A DNA stretch of 63,361 bases, filler included, from Octopus bimaculoides (Eukaryota): NCBI RefSeq assembly GCF_001194135.2. It is 5 parts of 5 records of this genome, joined end to end, with 100 filler letters (N's around TTAATTAATTAA, not from the genome) between each part and the next. Parts side by side here need not be neighbours in the genome. Positions count along the whole stretch, not along the records: positions 27,386 to 56,850 come from NC_068985.1; 4 more parts are not named here. One strand, written 5' to 3'. A model generated the notes under the pieces. That model was given only the letters and a program-made list of their open reading frames with translations. It had not been told where the DNA came from and did not search any database. Made by a program: the position numbers and the translations under genes. This document shows, piece after piece, positions 36,301 to 50,210 of the stretch; position 1 is the first letter of the stretch; every line of letters begins with the position of its first letter.

Positions 36301-39300
36301 ACCTCTTGTTAAGTAAGAACACATAAAACAGGAGGTAATTTCCTAATGGAATGAACAGCAAAGGAAAGCAGTCTAGGATGTTTTATTAACATTTGCCTGC
36401 TAATAACAGAATGGTACATTGAGTTGAAACAGGTACAGTGGTATTGAACAAGGGAGGCTGAGGGTTGCAACTTCTTGCTAAAGTGATTTGATCGATTGCT
36501 CAGCTAACAGGAGTATTCATCCACTCAGATATTACTTCTAGGCAACATGCATTGAGATTTTACATATGTGTAGATGTATATGTATCTGTATGCATGCATG
36601 TGTTTGTATAAATGAGTATGTATTTCCAACATTTCCATATGTGCTCACCTGCTGTAGACAAACAACAGCTTAAGAATCAATACAGGTGACATCATTAACT
36701 TGTCTGATCTCCTTGATATGTTTTGACATTGTGCAATCATTGTAAGCAAAAAGGCTCTTTCAAATGATATACCATTTATTTCCAGTTCACTGCATAACTC
36801 TGTCTCAGGTGTACATTGTTTGACAGAGTAAAGAATTATTAGTTTGCTTGGAAACAGGCAAGGGTTGGTGACAGGAAAGGTATTTAGCCATAAAGAATTT
36901 GCTTTAATGAATCTTGCCTGAACTGTGCAAGCATAGCAAAGTATACAAGGTGCATTCAAAAAGTATCTGGTTTTATTTTCTCCTGTGGAAACTAAAGCTG
37001 CTGAATCTTCTGGATGATTTGAGCTTGAGTATCACCAAGTTTTGGTAAAACTTAATGCAATATCTTTGCTTGATGCATTCAGTGAAAACTACAATCCAAC
37101 GAGTGTGCACTACATGTCTGTACTCTGGATATAACAGCCAGGAATTGATGCAACCTACCAGTGTAAAGATTTTCATGCATTGCCAAAATCTAATTCCATG
37201 CGGGCAAAATCCTTTGGGCGATGGGTGATGAGATCCTTCCTGCCAATGCATGAGTTCTGTTTCCCTCAGAAATAAGGCAATAGTAGCACTTAGCTGAATT
37301 TGAATTACCACAAGGTACATTTTCATCCCACAAATGTGCCTGCCAGCTCACCCCTTTAGTAATAACAACAACAATAATGATAATCCTTTCTCCTTTAGGT
37401 TCAGGGCTTGAATTTCTAGGGGAGGGGTTACTCAATTATATCTTCTCCAGTGCTCAACTGGTACTTATTTTGATGATCTCAAAAGGATGGAAGGCAAAGT
37501 TGACCATGGCAGAATTTGAAAGCAGAACACAGACACAGACAAAATATCCTTACTATAGGCACATGGACTGACATTTTGATGAGGAAATTAGTCAATTACA
37601 TCAAGCCCAATAGCCAACTGGTACTTATTCTTATTTACCCTGAAAGAATGAATGGCAAAGGTGAGCCTGGTGGAATTTGCACTCAGAATGTGATGAGTCA
37701 GAAGGAATGCTACTAAACATTTTGTCCAAGATAGTAACAATTCTGCCTTGCATGACACATGAATAATAATAATAACTAGACTACCCATGACCCATTGGAT
37801 CACTGAGAAAGTCTGAGTTTCTTAGCAATGGAATTTTGTTTCGTAGGTTTTTTTTTTCTTCTCCAGGTTATTTCACTTGCTTTCAATGAATGTAACATCG
37901 AAATCACGAGTAAACAGCTCCTTTCCCCTGAAAAAGAAAAGATTTGGCTGCTATTTCTGGTACGCCTTGCTACCATGCAACAGGTATTTCGGGTCCTTTA
38001 TCACAAATAGCTGTTACGAGATAGCAGGGCGTGCTAGAAATAGCAGCCAAATCTTTAGAGGTGAGATACATTGAATGCACTCGAAAAAACCTGCGGAGAA
38101 AAATAATTTCACACCAAGGTTACGAACAGGTCTTTTACAAAATAGTTACTGTATTTTTAAAGTCAATTTCACTTCAAAATATTTTTTAAATATGTCAAAA
38201 ATAATTTTTGTAATGTTATTCACTTGAAAATAATTTAGAAAACATTAAAATATTGTCTGTTTAATGAAATTTAAAATATGAATACTTACTGTGCAAACAA
38301 CTTACATTTTTGAAATCATATTCACTAAAAAACATTTCTCAATGATTACAATATTGTGTTTAACAAAAGCAAAAATAGAAACATTTACTGTAAAAAAATA
38401 AATCATATCTTTTCATTGTCAAGTCATTGTGTCTAATTGAAAGGTAAGAGTTTCTTCCCTTTCAGGTTTAAGTTATTTTCGGAGAATTTTACCATTATGC
38501 ACCATTTTGGGTATTTATACTCCGAAAACCCCTAATATCTCAATAACCAGTTGTCCGATTTACGCGAAACTTGTTTTATTCCATTTGTATTCACATTTCA
38601 GGGGACACTTAATTCATAGTATTTTCCTCATTATGTTTGGCTGGGTAACATTGCAAGCAAGTATGTAAGCAAGCAAGCAATCAAGATTCAAGCTCACTTT
38701 TAATGTATTATAAATGATGATAATTATAATAATAATGAGAATCCTTTTTACGATAGACATACGACCTAAAATTTGTGGTGTTGGAGGGAAAGTCGATTAC
38801 ATCAATCCCAGTATTTGACACTTATTTCAACGACCCTGAAAGGATGAAAGGCAAAGTCAACTTTGACAGAATTTGAACTCAGAATAATAACGATAGTGAT
38901 TTCTGATTTTGACACAAAGTCAGTAATTTCAGATAGGTGGGGTGGAACTGGCCAATTACATTGACACCCATACTCAACTGGTATTTATTTTATCAACCCT
39001 GAAAGGATGAAAAGCAAAGTCGACCCCAATGAAATATGAACTCAGAACATGAAGGCAGATGAAATACAACTAAGCATTTCACTCAGCAAGCTAACATTTC
39101 TGCTAGCTCGTTGCCTTCGTAATAATAATGGTGATGATGATGATGATGATGATGACGATGATGATGATGATGATGATGATGATCCTTTCTACTATAGGCA
39201 CAAGGCCTGAAATTTTGGGGCAGGGGTAAGTTGATTACATGAACTCCAGTGCTCAACTGGTACTTATTTGATCAACCCTGAAAGGACAAAAGGCGAATTT

Positions 39301-39326
39301 GAACTTAGAACATAAAGAAAGACGAA

Positions 39327-39393
<67 letters not shown>

Positions 39394-40205
39394 GATGCCC
39401 TGATGCAGAACCAGCCAGTGGCTCTCATGGCTTCTGATCTTAATTGATTGGAAGTGTTATCATGTACATTGTTTTGTCTTAGTATGAAAGATGGGCTACA
39501 GCAAATATTCTGCTCAAAAGCACAGATTTGCTTGTCAGTTGTTTGACCTTAACCAGTTGAGCATGTCCCTTGGTGGCTGACAATATGTGCATCTCTGATC
39601 ATGAGCAGAAGTAGTGGGGGAGCATCATAGCCATGTGTTGAGAGGAATTCTTTGGTGTTTGAATAATTCACCTCTGGAAACATGGGTCTTTTGTTCAACA
39701 TCCTTAAACAACCCTTATGCAAGGACTATTTGAGCAGGGTTGTTCTGCTCGACCTGCAGAAAATTCTAACTGGGCTCCACCTACAAGGTCATGCACTGTT
39801 TATCTTGATATAAGATCACCATGTCACGTATATATGGTTGTGATGCATGTGCCTGATGTACCCTTATCAGATGGGTAATCATGATGGGTATACTGGGCTT
39901 CGTATATTTTACCCCAGTGTCTCTTTCATGGTATGTACTGCTCTTTCTCTCAATAATAATAATAGTAACAATGATAATAATAATAATAATAGAGATAATC
40001 CTTTCTACTATAGGCACAAGGCTTGAAGATTTAGGGGAAGGTGGCAAACCAATAGCATCAACTCCAGTGCTTAACTGCTACTTATTTCATCGACCCCAAA
40101 AAGATAAATGGCTAAATTGATCTTGATGGAATTTGAATTCAGAATGTAAAGCCACAAAAAATGCCACTAAGTATGTTGTCCGACATGCTAACCATTCTAT
40201 TAGCT
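31590..40205. mobile_element. Cluster of about 10 OR-like tRNA-derived SINEs
   Basis: Recurring ...GTTAGCACGCCGGG.GAAATGCTTAGCGGTATT...GAGTTCAAATTC...TTTGCCTTTCATCCTTTC... at about 31590, 32140, 32393, 34590, 37370, 37545, 38735, 38895, 39180 and 39985. More copies at 27170, 62310 and 62545. Confidence 0.75.
36944..37320 (-). mobile_element. Internally deleted mariner-like element
   Basis: QRYCIKFYQNL N-terminal motif next to a TA-CAAGGTGCATTCAAAAAGTATC terminus. Confidence 0.45.
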
Positions 40206-41004
40206 TACACATACATACATACATACATATATGCATGCATGCATGCATGCATACATACATACATATATACATAAATACATACATATATTTATACATAGAT
40301 ATGTGTGTGTGTGTGTGTGTGTGAGTGTGTGTGTAAGTCAAATGTCTGCCCATGGTACTAGACAGTTAAATGTTATTTTCTCATATTATTTTTACCGATT
40401 AGTTACAAGAATTAAATGATACCATAGAAGAATTAAATCTTTGCTATTTTGAGGAGAAAAGTTCAAATACATACAACATATAAACACACTTGTATACATA
40501 CATACACACATACACACATACATACATACATACAACCATATTTACATACATACACATAGAGCAATTTTTAGTAATTTTCTCTTTTCTTGCAAAAATAAAA
40601 TTTTAAGTGGAATATTTCAGAATCAAGGAGAACAGTGAGAAAAAATAGAAGAAAATGATTGTACAGAGACAATTTATATTCTGTTTACATATATCGGCAG
40701 AAATAAAAGAAATTAAAGTAAGATTTTATGCTCCTTATAGATTTAAGTCTGGTAAGTAAGAGGATTAATTTGTAAAGAATTCACAGTTTTATGAGGAAAA
40801 CCTTGTAAGGCCTATGTAGGTTAGTTAATATGTATGTATGTATGTATGTTTGGTTGGATGGTTGGACGGATGGATCTATCTGTCTGCTTGTCCGTCTTTC
40901 TGTAGGTGTACAGTCATGGACAAGGAATTGATGTATACACATCTCTTGCTCCAAATGTATATTCATTTGTATGATTTGTGTGTGCGTGTGTGTTTATGTA
41001 TACA

Positions 41005-41270
41005 CATCATCATCATTATCATCCTTTAACGCCTGTTGTCCATGCTGCCATGGGTTAGATGACTTGACATAAAGCTGGTCAGCTGGAGTGCTGTCCCAAT
41101 TCCAATTGTCTGTTGTGACATGGTTTCTATGGCTGGATGCCCTTCCTAACACCAACCACTGAATAGAGTATGCTGGGTGCTTTTCACGTACCACTGGCAT
41201 GGATGCATTTATGCAGCGCCGACATGGGTGCATTTTATGTGACACCAGCACCTGAAAAGACAAGCCTGTA
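41005..41270 (+). mobile_element. Abundant (CAT)n-tailed interspersed repeat (SINE/LINE-tail-like)
   Basis: CATCATC...TTTAACG..TGTCCATGCT..CATGGGTT...GGCTGGATGCCCTTCCTAAC. Also at about 28150 (-), 42800-43095 (-) and 50228-50395 (+). Confidence 0.65.
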
Positions 41271-41381
41271 TGTATAGAGTGCAATTAAACTCAAGACCGC
41301 AGAACAAGAAAAATAACAAATCAAGCTTCCTCATTAATAATCTTAACGTATTTAACCAGAGAACAGTTTCCTAAATATATA

Positions 41382-41590
41382 TACTCTTTTACTCTTTTAC
41401 TTGTTTCAGTCATTTGACTGTGGCCATGCTGGAGCACCGCCTTTAGTCGAGCGAATCGACCCCAGAACTTATTCTTTGTAAGCCTAGTACTTATTCTATT
41501 GGTCTCTTTTGCCAAACCGCTAAGTTACGGGGACGTAAACACAACAACATCGGTTGTCAAGCGATGTTGGGGGACAAACACAGACACACA
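41382..41590 (-). mobile_element. OK-like SINE 3' part
   Basis: Near-identical to 24825-25020. Confidence 0.8.
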
Positions 41591-42335
41591 NNNNNNNNNN
41601 NNNNNNNNNNNNNNNNNNNNNNNNNNNNNNNNNNNNNNNNNNNNNNNNNNNNNNNNNNNNNNNNNNNNNNNNNNNNNNNNNNNNNNNNNNNNNNNNNNNN
41701 NNNNNNNNNNNNNNNNNNNNNNNNNNNNNNNNNNNNNNNNNNNNNNNNNNNNNNNNNNNNNNNNNNNNNNNNNNNNNNNNNNNNNNNNNNNNNNNNNNNN
41801 NNNNNNNNNNNNNNNNNNNNNNNNNNNNNNNNNNNNNNNNNNNNNNNNNNNNNNNNNNNNNNNNNNNNNNNNNNNNNNNNNNNNNNNNNNNNNNNNNNNN
41901 NNNNNNNNNNNNNNNNNNNNNNNNNNNNNNNNNNNNNNNNNNNNNNNNNNNNNNNNNNNNNNNNNNNNNNNNNNNNNNNNNNNNNNNNNNNNNNNNNNNN
42001 NNNNNNNNNNNNNNNNNNNNNNNNNNNNNNNNNNNNNNNNNNNNNNNNNNNNNNNNNNNNNNNNNNNNNNNNNNNNNNNNNNNNNNNNNNNNNNNNNNNN
42101 NNNNNNNNNNNNNNNNNNNNNNNNNNNNNNNNNNNNNNNNNNNNNNNNNNNNNNNNNNNNNNNNNNNNNNNNNNNNNNNNNNNNNNNNNNNNNNNNNNNN
42201 NNNNNNNNNNNNNNNNNNNNNNNNNNNNNNNNNNNNNNNNNNNNNNNNNNNNNNNNNNNNNNNNNNNNNNNNNNNNNNNNNNNNNNNNNNNNNNNNNNNN
42301 NNNNNNNNNNNNNNNNATATATGTATATATATACA

Positions 42336-42692
42336 CAGGGGCTGGACAAAATAATGGAAACACCTTAAAATTTCAAACAAATTAATTTTAATAAGGGTTA
42401 GGACCACCTTTGGCAGTAATTACAGCTTGAATTCTATGAGGTATGGACTTGTACAAAGTTTGAATTGTTTCCAAAGGAATTTTTGTCCTTTCTTCAGCTA
42501 AAACAGTCTCCAGTTCTTGTAGTGATGATAGTGGAGAATATCGACTCCTTACTTGTTTTTCTAAAATGCACCATAAATGTTCAATAATATTGAGATCTGG
42601 GGTCTATGTTGGCCGGATAAGATGTTCAACTTCACTAGACTGTTTCTCGTGTCATTCAGTAACAACTTTAGCTGTGTGAATTGGTGCATTAT
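42336..42692 (-). mobile_element. Tc1 3'-end fragment (same family as 20168-21390)
   Basis: TIR CAGGGGCTGGACAAAATAATGGAAACACC plus transposase C-terminus. Confidence 0.88.
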
Positions 42693-43593
42693 CAAAATGA
42701 AAATAAAGTGTCTTGCTCAAGAACACAACCCATAGCCCGTGAATCAAACTCACAACCTCATGATCGTGAACCCAAAACTCCAGTAACTCCATACACCTTC
42801 ACACACACACAAACACACACACGCACACACATACATAACAAGCAGCACAATGTAAAAGCAACTGTGTAACACCATATAAAAATGTCTGTGTGGCACCAAT
42901 GAAAAGTACTTGTAGAGTGCAGCATAAAAGCAATCAGCACACTCTGTAAAGTGGTTGGCGTTAGGAAGGAGATCTAGCCATATAAACCATGCCATATCAG
43001 ACCGGAGTCTGGTGCAGCTCCCCAGCTATCCAGCTCTAGTCAAACTGTCTAACTCATGCCAGTATTGACAATGGACATTAAGTGATGATGTTGACGGTGA
43101 TGATATATATATATATATATATATATATANNNNNNNNNNNNNNNNNNNNNNNNNNNNNNNNNNNNNNNNNNNNNNNNNNNNNNNNNNNNNNNNNNNNNNN
43201 NNNNNNNNNNNNNNNNNNNNNNNNNNNNNNNNNNNNNNNNNNNNNNNNNNNNNNNNNNNNNNNNNNNNNNNNNNNNNNNNNNNNNNNNNNNNNNNNNNNN
43301 NNNNNNNNNNNNNNNNNNNNNNNNNNNNNNNNNNNNNNNNNNNNNNNNNNNNNNNNNNNNNNNNNNNNNNNNNNNNNNNNNNNNNNNNNNNNNNNNNNNN
43401 NNNNNNNNNNNNNNNNNNNNNNNNNNNNNNNNNNNNNNNNNNNNNNNNNNNNNNNNNNNNNNNNNNNNNNNNNNNNNNNNNNNNNNNNNNNNNNNNNNNN
43501 NNNNNNNNNNNNNNNNNNNNNNNNNNNNNNNNNNNNNNNNNNNNNNNNNNNNNNNNNNNNNNNNNNNNNNNNNNNNNNNNNNNNNNNNNNNNN

Positions 43594-43652
<59 letters not shown>

Positions 43653-44321
43653 ATATGTATGTATATATATATATACTTGCTGATAGTACTATTATATTGA
43701 GGAAGCCAATCTGGTTGAGCAACAAGCCAAAAATACAAATTGCATATTCTGCATTTCCTATTAATATATAATGTAGCTCACACTCTGCATGGTAGCTTAT
43801 CTTGAGATATGATAGTCATTGTCAAATACCATGGAGCACATAAGTGGAGAGCAGAACCATTTTGGTTATATGTCATGCCTTCCAGCACACTTTACATACA
43901 TACACACATATATTTATGTGTGTGGGTATGCATACATACATACGCATATATATAAATAGATGCATAAGAGGTAGGTACATGAGAGTTTGTCTTAAATTGT
44001 TGATTTTCTAGGAAAATGATTAAGTTGTCTAAACAATATAAACGCATGTATATACATACACACATATGTACATATATATATATATGCTTGACTACTAGCT
44101 CCAAAAGTTTTTTTTATTCTCTCTATGTTTATTTCCTCGTGTTCTTTTCTGTTGAAGAGTGTAGGTTTGAAATTTAAAAGACTATCTCACCTTTCTGAGT
44201 GTTAAATTAATACACCTGTTTATTGTTTATACACCGGTCTTCATCTTGTTTTTCTGTAAATTTCAACTATATATATATGTGTGTGTGTGTGTGTGCACAT
44301 ATATACATACATACCTATAAA

Positions 44322-44354
<33 letters not shown>

Positions 44355-44356
<2 letters not shown>

Positions 44357-45540
44357 GGGACTGGACAAAATAAAGGAAACACCTAGCATCATAGCATCAT
44401 AATTTCGAAATATCTATAAAACCATCAAAAGCATGTTTATGTTTATGTTTTTTGATCTATCATTAGTGTTGCTTAATATGTTTTGCTAAAATTGCTGTTT
44501 CTTTTCGGATATCATCAGAAAAAGGTAACTAAAATTCATTAAAATGACAGATCTATCAGACTTTCAAAGAGGTCAAATTGTTGGTGCTTGTATGCAGGTG
44601 CTAGCATAATGAAAACAGCCGAAATGTTTGGGGTTTCAAGAAGTACTGTCTCGAAAGTAATAACAGCCTTTGAGAAAGAGAGAAAAACCTCCTCATCGAA
44701 ACAAGACTCCCAAAGAAAACCAAAACCTTCAGATAGGGACCATTGGACACTTACGTGAATTGCTAGAAAGCATCACAAAAGTACAACTTCCAAAACTGCT
44801 GCAAAGCTTAATGACCACCACGAGAACCCAGTTTCCACAAGAACTCTTCACCAGGAGCTGACAAACCTGGATTTCACGGGAGAGCTACAATCAGAAAACC
44901 ACTACTTTCAAAAATAAACATTGCAAAGCCTAGAGCAGTGGAAGAATGTTATTTTCTCGGACAAGTCATCTTTTACCTTATTTCCAACCACCGACCAAGT
45001 GGAGACAGCCAAAAGAAGCAACTGTTAAGCATGGAAGAAGATTTGTGATGATTGGTGGGGGTTGGGGGAGCTATATCTTGGAAATTTGCCGAGCCAATGG
45101 TTTCTCTTTATGGCAGAATTAATAGTCAAGACTTTAAGCATTTTATCTGATCAAATCCATCCTATGGTTGCAGAACTGTTTCCAGAAGGAAACGCAATCT
45201 TTCAGGATGATAATGCACCGATTCACACAGCTAAAGTTGTTATTGAATGGCACGAGAAACATTCTAGTGAAGTTGAACATCTTATCCGGCCAACATAGAC
45301 CCCAGATCTCAATATTATTGAACGTTTATGGTGCAATTTAGGAAAACAAGTAAGGAGTTGATATCCTCTACCATCATCACTACAAGAACTGGCGATTGTT
45401 TTAGCTGAAGAATGGACAAAAATTTCTTTGGAAACAATTCAAACTTTGTATGAGTCCATACCTCATAGAATTGAAGCTGTAATTACTGCCAATTACTGTT
45501 TGAAATTTTAAGGAATTTCCATTATTTTGTCCAATCCCTG
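44355..45540 (+). mobile_element. Tc1 element with TIRs (copy 2)
   Basis: TIRs CAGGGACTGGACAAAATAAAGGAAACACC and TTTCCATTATTTTGTCCAATCCCTG-TA; FQDDNAPIH motif; decayed. Confidence 0.92.
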
Positions 45541-46234
45541 TATATATATANNNNNNNNNNNNNNNNNNNNNNNNNNNNNNNNNNNNNNNNNNNNNNNNNN
45601 NNNNNNNNNNNNNNNNNNNNNNNNNNNNNNNNNNNNNNNNNNNNNNNNNNNNNNNNNNNNNNNNNNNNNNNNNNNNNNNNNNNNNNNNNNNNNNNNNNNN
45701 NNNNNNNNNNNNNNNNNNNNNNNNNNNNNNNNNNNNNNNNNNNNNNNNNNNNNNNNNNNNNNNNNNNNNNNNNNNNNNNNNNNNNNNNNNNNNNNNNNNN
45801 NNNNNNNNNNNNNNNNNNNNNNNNNNNNNNNNNNNNNNNNNNNNNNNNNNNNNNNNNNNNNNNNNNNNNNNNNNNNNNNNNNNNNNNNNNNNNNNNNNNN
45901 NNNNNNNNNNNNNNNNNNNNNNNNNNNNNNNNNNNNNNNNNNNNNNNNNNNNNNNNNNNNNNNNNNNNNNNNNNNNNNNNNNNNNNNNNNNNNNNNNNNN
46001 NNNNNNNNNNNNNNNNNNNNNNNNNNNNNNNNNNNNNNNNNNNNNNNNNNNNNNNNNNNNNNNNNNNNNNNNNNNNNNNNNNNNNNNNGCTTATTAAATC
46101 AATTAAGTCAAGCAACTGAAATGGTGATTGCTGATAATTATGTTATAATAAATAACGTGGCAATCTTCTGATTTTTTTTTCCTCTTTTGTGATTTTTTTC
46201 TTCTAAAAGTTTCTACAGAAAATTAGAAACAATT

Positions 46235-46287
<53 letters not shown>

Positions 46288-46677
46288 ATGAAATAATGTA
46301 ATATTCAAAGAGAAAAAAATAAGAAAACAAAGATACTTTAAAAAGAAATATAATAAAAATACCTACTATTTATGCATTGTTCAATGGTTTATTGTTTTCA
46401 AGTGAGTTTTCATTGAAAACCTTTTAAAAATACAATAGATATATTCACGCACAAACATACTGACAGATACATTTATGTACAAGTGTATGTGTATGTATAG
46501 GTGTATAAGTATTTGTGTGTGTGTGTGTGTGTATACAGACGTACACAGATATATACAGGTATATTTGAATATATATATATATATATATACAGTATATATG
46601 TATATTCATATGTATACATAATGAGAGATAATGACATTTATATATCACATATATATGTATATCTATCTATCTATCTA

Positions 46678-46728
<51 letters not shown>

Positions 46729-46788
46729 NNNNNNNNNNNNNNNNNNNNNNNNNNNNNNNNNNNNNNNNNNNNNNNNNNNNNNNNNNNN

Positions 46789-46839
<51 letters not shown>

Positions 46840-47081
46840 ATGTGCATATATTGATGTGTATACATAAAAAAAGATATTGATATACTTATATATTACATAC
46901 ATATATGTATACATGTATTATAAGTGTATATATATATATTTACATGTACTTTTATAGGTACGTATGTATATATGTGTCTATGTATGCTTGTATTCATGTA
47001 TATGCTGCATGTGTATAAATTTATACATACACACACACTCATATATATATATAAGATATATATATATTTACATATATATGT

Positions 47082-47124
<43 letters not shown>

Positions 47125-47278
47125 TATATTTATATTTGTCAGTTTATATTTAAATATACGTGCATACGCACATACACAGAATTATTTATTGCTGTAGTTT
47201 CTCAGTTTCTTTTAGAAATTGTCATTTATTTCAAATATTGAAATGTACTTCCCTCTCTATATATATGTGTGCATGCAC

Positions 47279-47309
<31 letters not shown>

Positions 47310-47547
47310 TGTATCTTTGTATATTTGTGTGTGTGAGTGTGTATATATATGTTTATGTAGTGCTATTTATGGAATTTCCATGCAAAAACCATTGTCATAA
47401 AGAACACTAGTTACACTCTTTAATCTTCATTATGTCTTATTAATATGAAAATTGTTCTTGTTCTTGTTGGAGATGAAGAAATATGACAATTAATGTATAA
47501 TTGCTAGAGGTTTCACTTTATAAATTCTATCTGTTCGCTGTCAAAAG

Positions 47548-48430
47548 TTATGGTATATGTGGCGGGAGAGAGGGAGGGAGGGATGCGGTTTGCTGTAATA
47601 ATTGTGGTGGTGTTTCTGTAGGTGCAGTGGTTATTTCTTGTTGCCATGGTGTCGGTGGTTGCTGTGATTGATTGTGGTGATGGTGATGATCGTGATGATA
47701 GTAGTGGTGATAGCGTGATGATGATGAAGTCGATAGTGTTGTGGTGATGTTGATTGTAATGATAGTTATGGTGATGATGGTGGTGGTGTGGTTGTGATGT
47801 TGGTAGTGGTGTATGGTTATGATGGTGATAATAGTAGTTGTAGGATAGTAAAGGTAGTGGCGGTGGTAGTAGTGTGTGGAGGTGATTGTGGTGGTGGTGG
47901 AAGTGGTTGTTGGGGTGGTGGTGGTGGTGGTGGTTGCCATTGTCATGGTGGTTGTTGTAGTGATGATGGTTGTTGTTGTTGTGGTGATAGTGGTTGTGGT
48001 GGTAGTGGTGGTGATGATGGTGGTTATGTGGGGGCAGTTGCAGTGGTGGTGTTTCTTGTTGTGGTGGTGATAGCAGTGGTAGTGGTTGTTGTTGTTATTT
48101 ATGTTAGTATTGTTTTTGTTGTTTTTGTTATTGTGGTGGTAATGATGGTGGTGGTAGTTGTTTTTATTGTGGTGGTGGTTGCAATGATGCTGGTGATGAT
48201 GATGATAGGCAATTACTGCACAGTGGCTGTAGATGGTGTTGGTGCTACCAAGACAATAGCACCTACACTAAGAGGAAGAGGTGAGGATACTGCAATAATA
48301 ATTATAATGTTGGTTGTAGTGATGACAGTGGTGATAGTAATGACAGTGATAGTGTGATGGCGCTAGTATGAACTACCATGATGATGGTGGTATCGATGGC
48401 AGTGGTGGTAATGATGATGGAAGAGTATGA
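47548..48430. repeat. Degenerate (GGT/GAT/GTA)n trinucleotide low-complexity tract
   Basis: Direct reading. Confidence 0.9.
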
Positions 48431-48538
48431 ATGTTTTGATGTGTAATAGTTTGATTTCTGTTTTATATTGCTAAACATATATTGTCTGGGTGTATATATA
48501 TGTATGTATGTTGATGTGTGTATATGAGTGCCAGTGCA

Positions 48539-48577
<39 letters not shown>

Positions 48578-49607
48578 GTGAGTGTATATATATAAATATA
48601 TATGTGTGTGTGTTTGCGTGTGTATGAAAGTATGTATAAGTATGTATATATATGTAAGTCAAAGTCTATACTATTTTTCAGTTACTTTTTACTTAAACTT
48701 GACAAAACATACATAACTAAAGCTGAGATGAAATTAATGGCAAACAACAACAAAAACAACAACAACAACAAAAGTTGTTTTTGATGTTTTCTTTAAAAGC
48801 TATTCGATCTCCATTTCTTTCCTCCACCCTCACCTCTTCGTCTCTCTTTTTCTCTGTAGATTTTTCATATTCTAACATCTTAACAACATATACATAATGC
48901 AAGACCAGATAATATCAATAATAACAACAACAACAATAATGATAAAAATAATATAAAACAATATAAAACAAAGCAATCTAACAAGCAGCAATCAGACAGA
49001 TAAAAGAAGTGTCATTGCTGTTATTTATATTATGAATTAATATTTTGAAATTTCAGTATTATTTAAAAAGGAAAAATAAAACACAATTTTTGAATTACCA
49101 TTTCCCACCATTTATATTTGATATTGTATTGTATTAAGCATTAATTAGCAAGAGGTTAGTTTGAAGTGAGCTAAATTTGCGTTGCTGTTTTCAATTCCAA
49201 GCTGAATCTCATTTTTGTTGATTTAAGTTCATTTTTTTGTTTGGAGAGAAAATTTCTTAATTCCCATTCATAAATTTTTTTTCTTTCTTTCCTTTTTTGT
49301 TTCTTTTTTTTTTTTTGTTTCAATTATTTGACTGTAGCCAACTGAATCCAGTACTTATTCTTGAGTCTGGCGCTTATTCTATCAGTCACCTTTGCTGAAC
49401 TGCAAGGCTACTTGGATGTTAACAAGCCAACACCTATTGTCAAGCGTTAGAGGAACATCCCTGTTACTTAGCAGTTCAGCAAAAGAGACTAGACTTAAAA
49501 ATAAGTCCTGTGCTTGATTTCTTGGACTAAGCACTTCAGGGCAGTGTCTTACCATGGCTACAGTCCAATGACTAAAATAAATAGAAGATAAAATATANNN
49601 NNNNNNN

Positions 49608-49661
<54 letters not shown>

Positions 49662-49745
49662 TACATACATACATACATACATTATGCAAATATATATATT
49701 ATATATTTAATACATATATATTCATATGCGTATTTGTATGCATAT

Positions 49746-50210
49746 ACAGTAGTGGGCGAAAAAAGAGAACAATTGATTTTTTTTTAAATGTTGGAAAGGC
49801 TAGTGAACATGCAAATTTGTAATTGGTTTCATAAATATGGTTAGCCATTAGCTAAAGTCTCTGAAAAATCTAAGTTTTAATAACACTAATATTAGTTTCA
49901 TGCAAATGTCTCATGTGCAAAATAAGACAATGATTAAATTCCTTCAGAAGTTTCTGGAAATTTCAAACATTGTTTACATTTGCATGTTCAATGTAACTAC
50001 CATCTCAGTATTGTGCTAGCTTCCAAACATGGCACACCACACTAAACTTACTCTAGACCTCCAAAAATAGATTGTCGGGATGAAAGTTTCAAGAATGACT
50101 CTCTCTGGTCAAGAAATCTAAGCCATGACTTTATTTTCATGAATCCAACAGTCTAAAATGTAGGCCAGGTGTTATCACCTTAAAAATGCTAGCTTGCGCT
50201 TAACTACATA
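49746..50210 (+). mobile_element. Possible Tc1-like 5' fragment
   Basis: TA-CAGTAGTGGGCGAAAAAAG terminus; MAHHTKLTLDLQK*IVGM resembles a Tc1 N-terminal HTH. Confidence 0.45.

Noticed and set aside
47548-48357. His/Thr-rich and Val/Gly/Cys-rich ORFs resembling structural proteins
   Set aside because: Degenerate trinucleotide low-complexity DNA with no splice or domain support.
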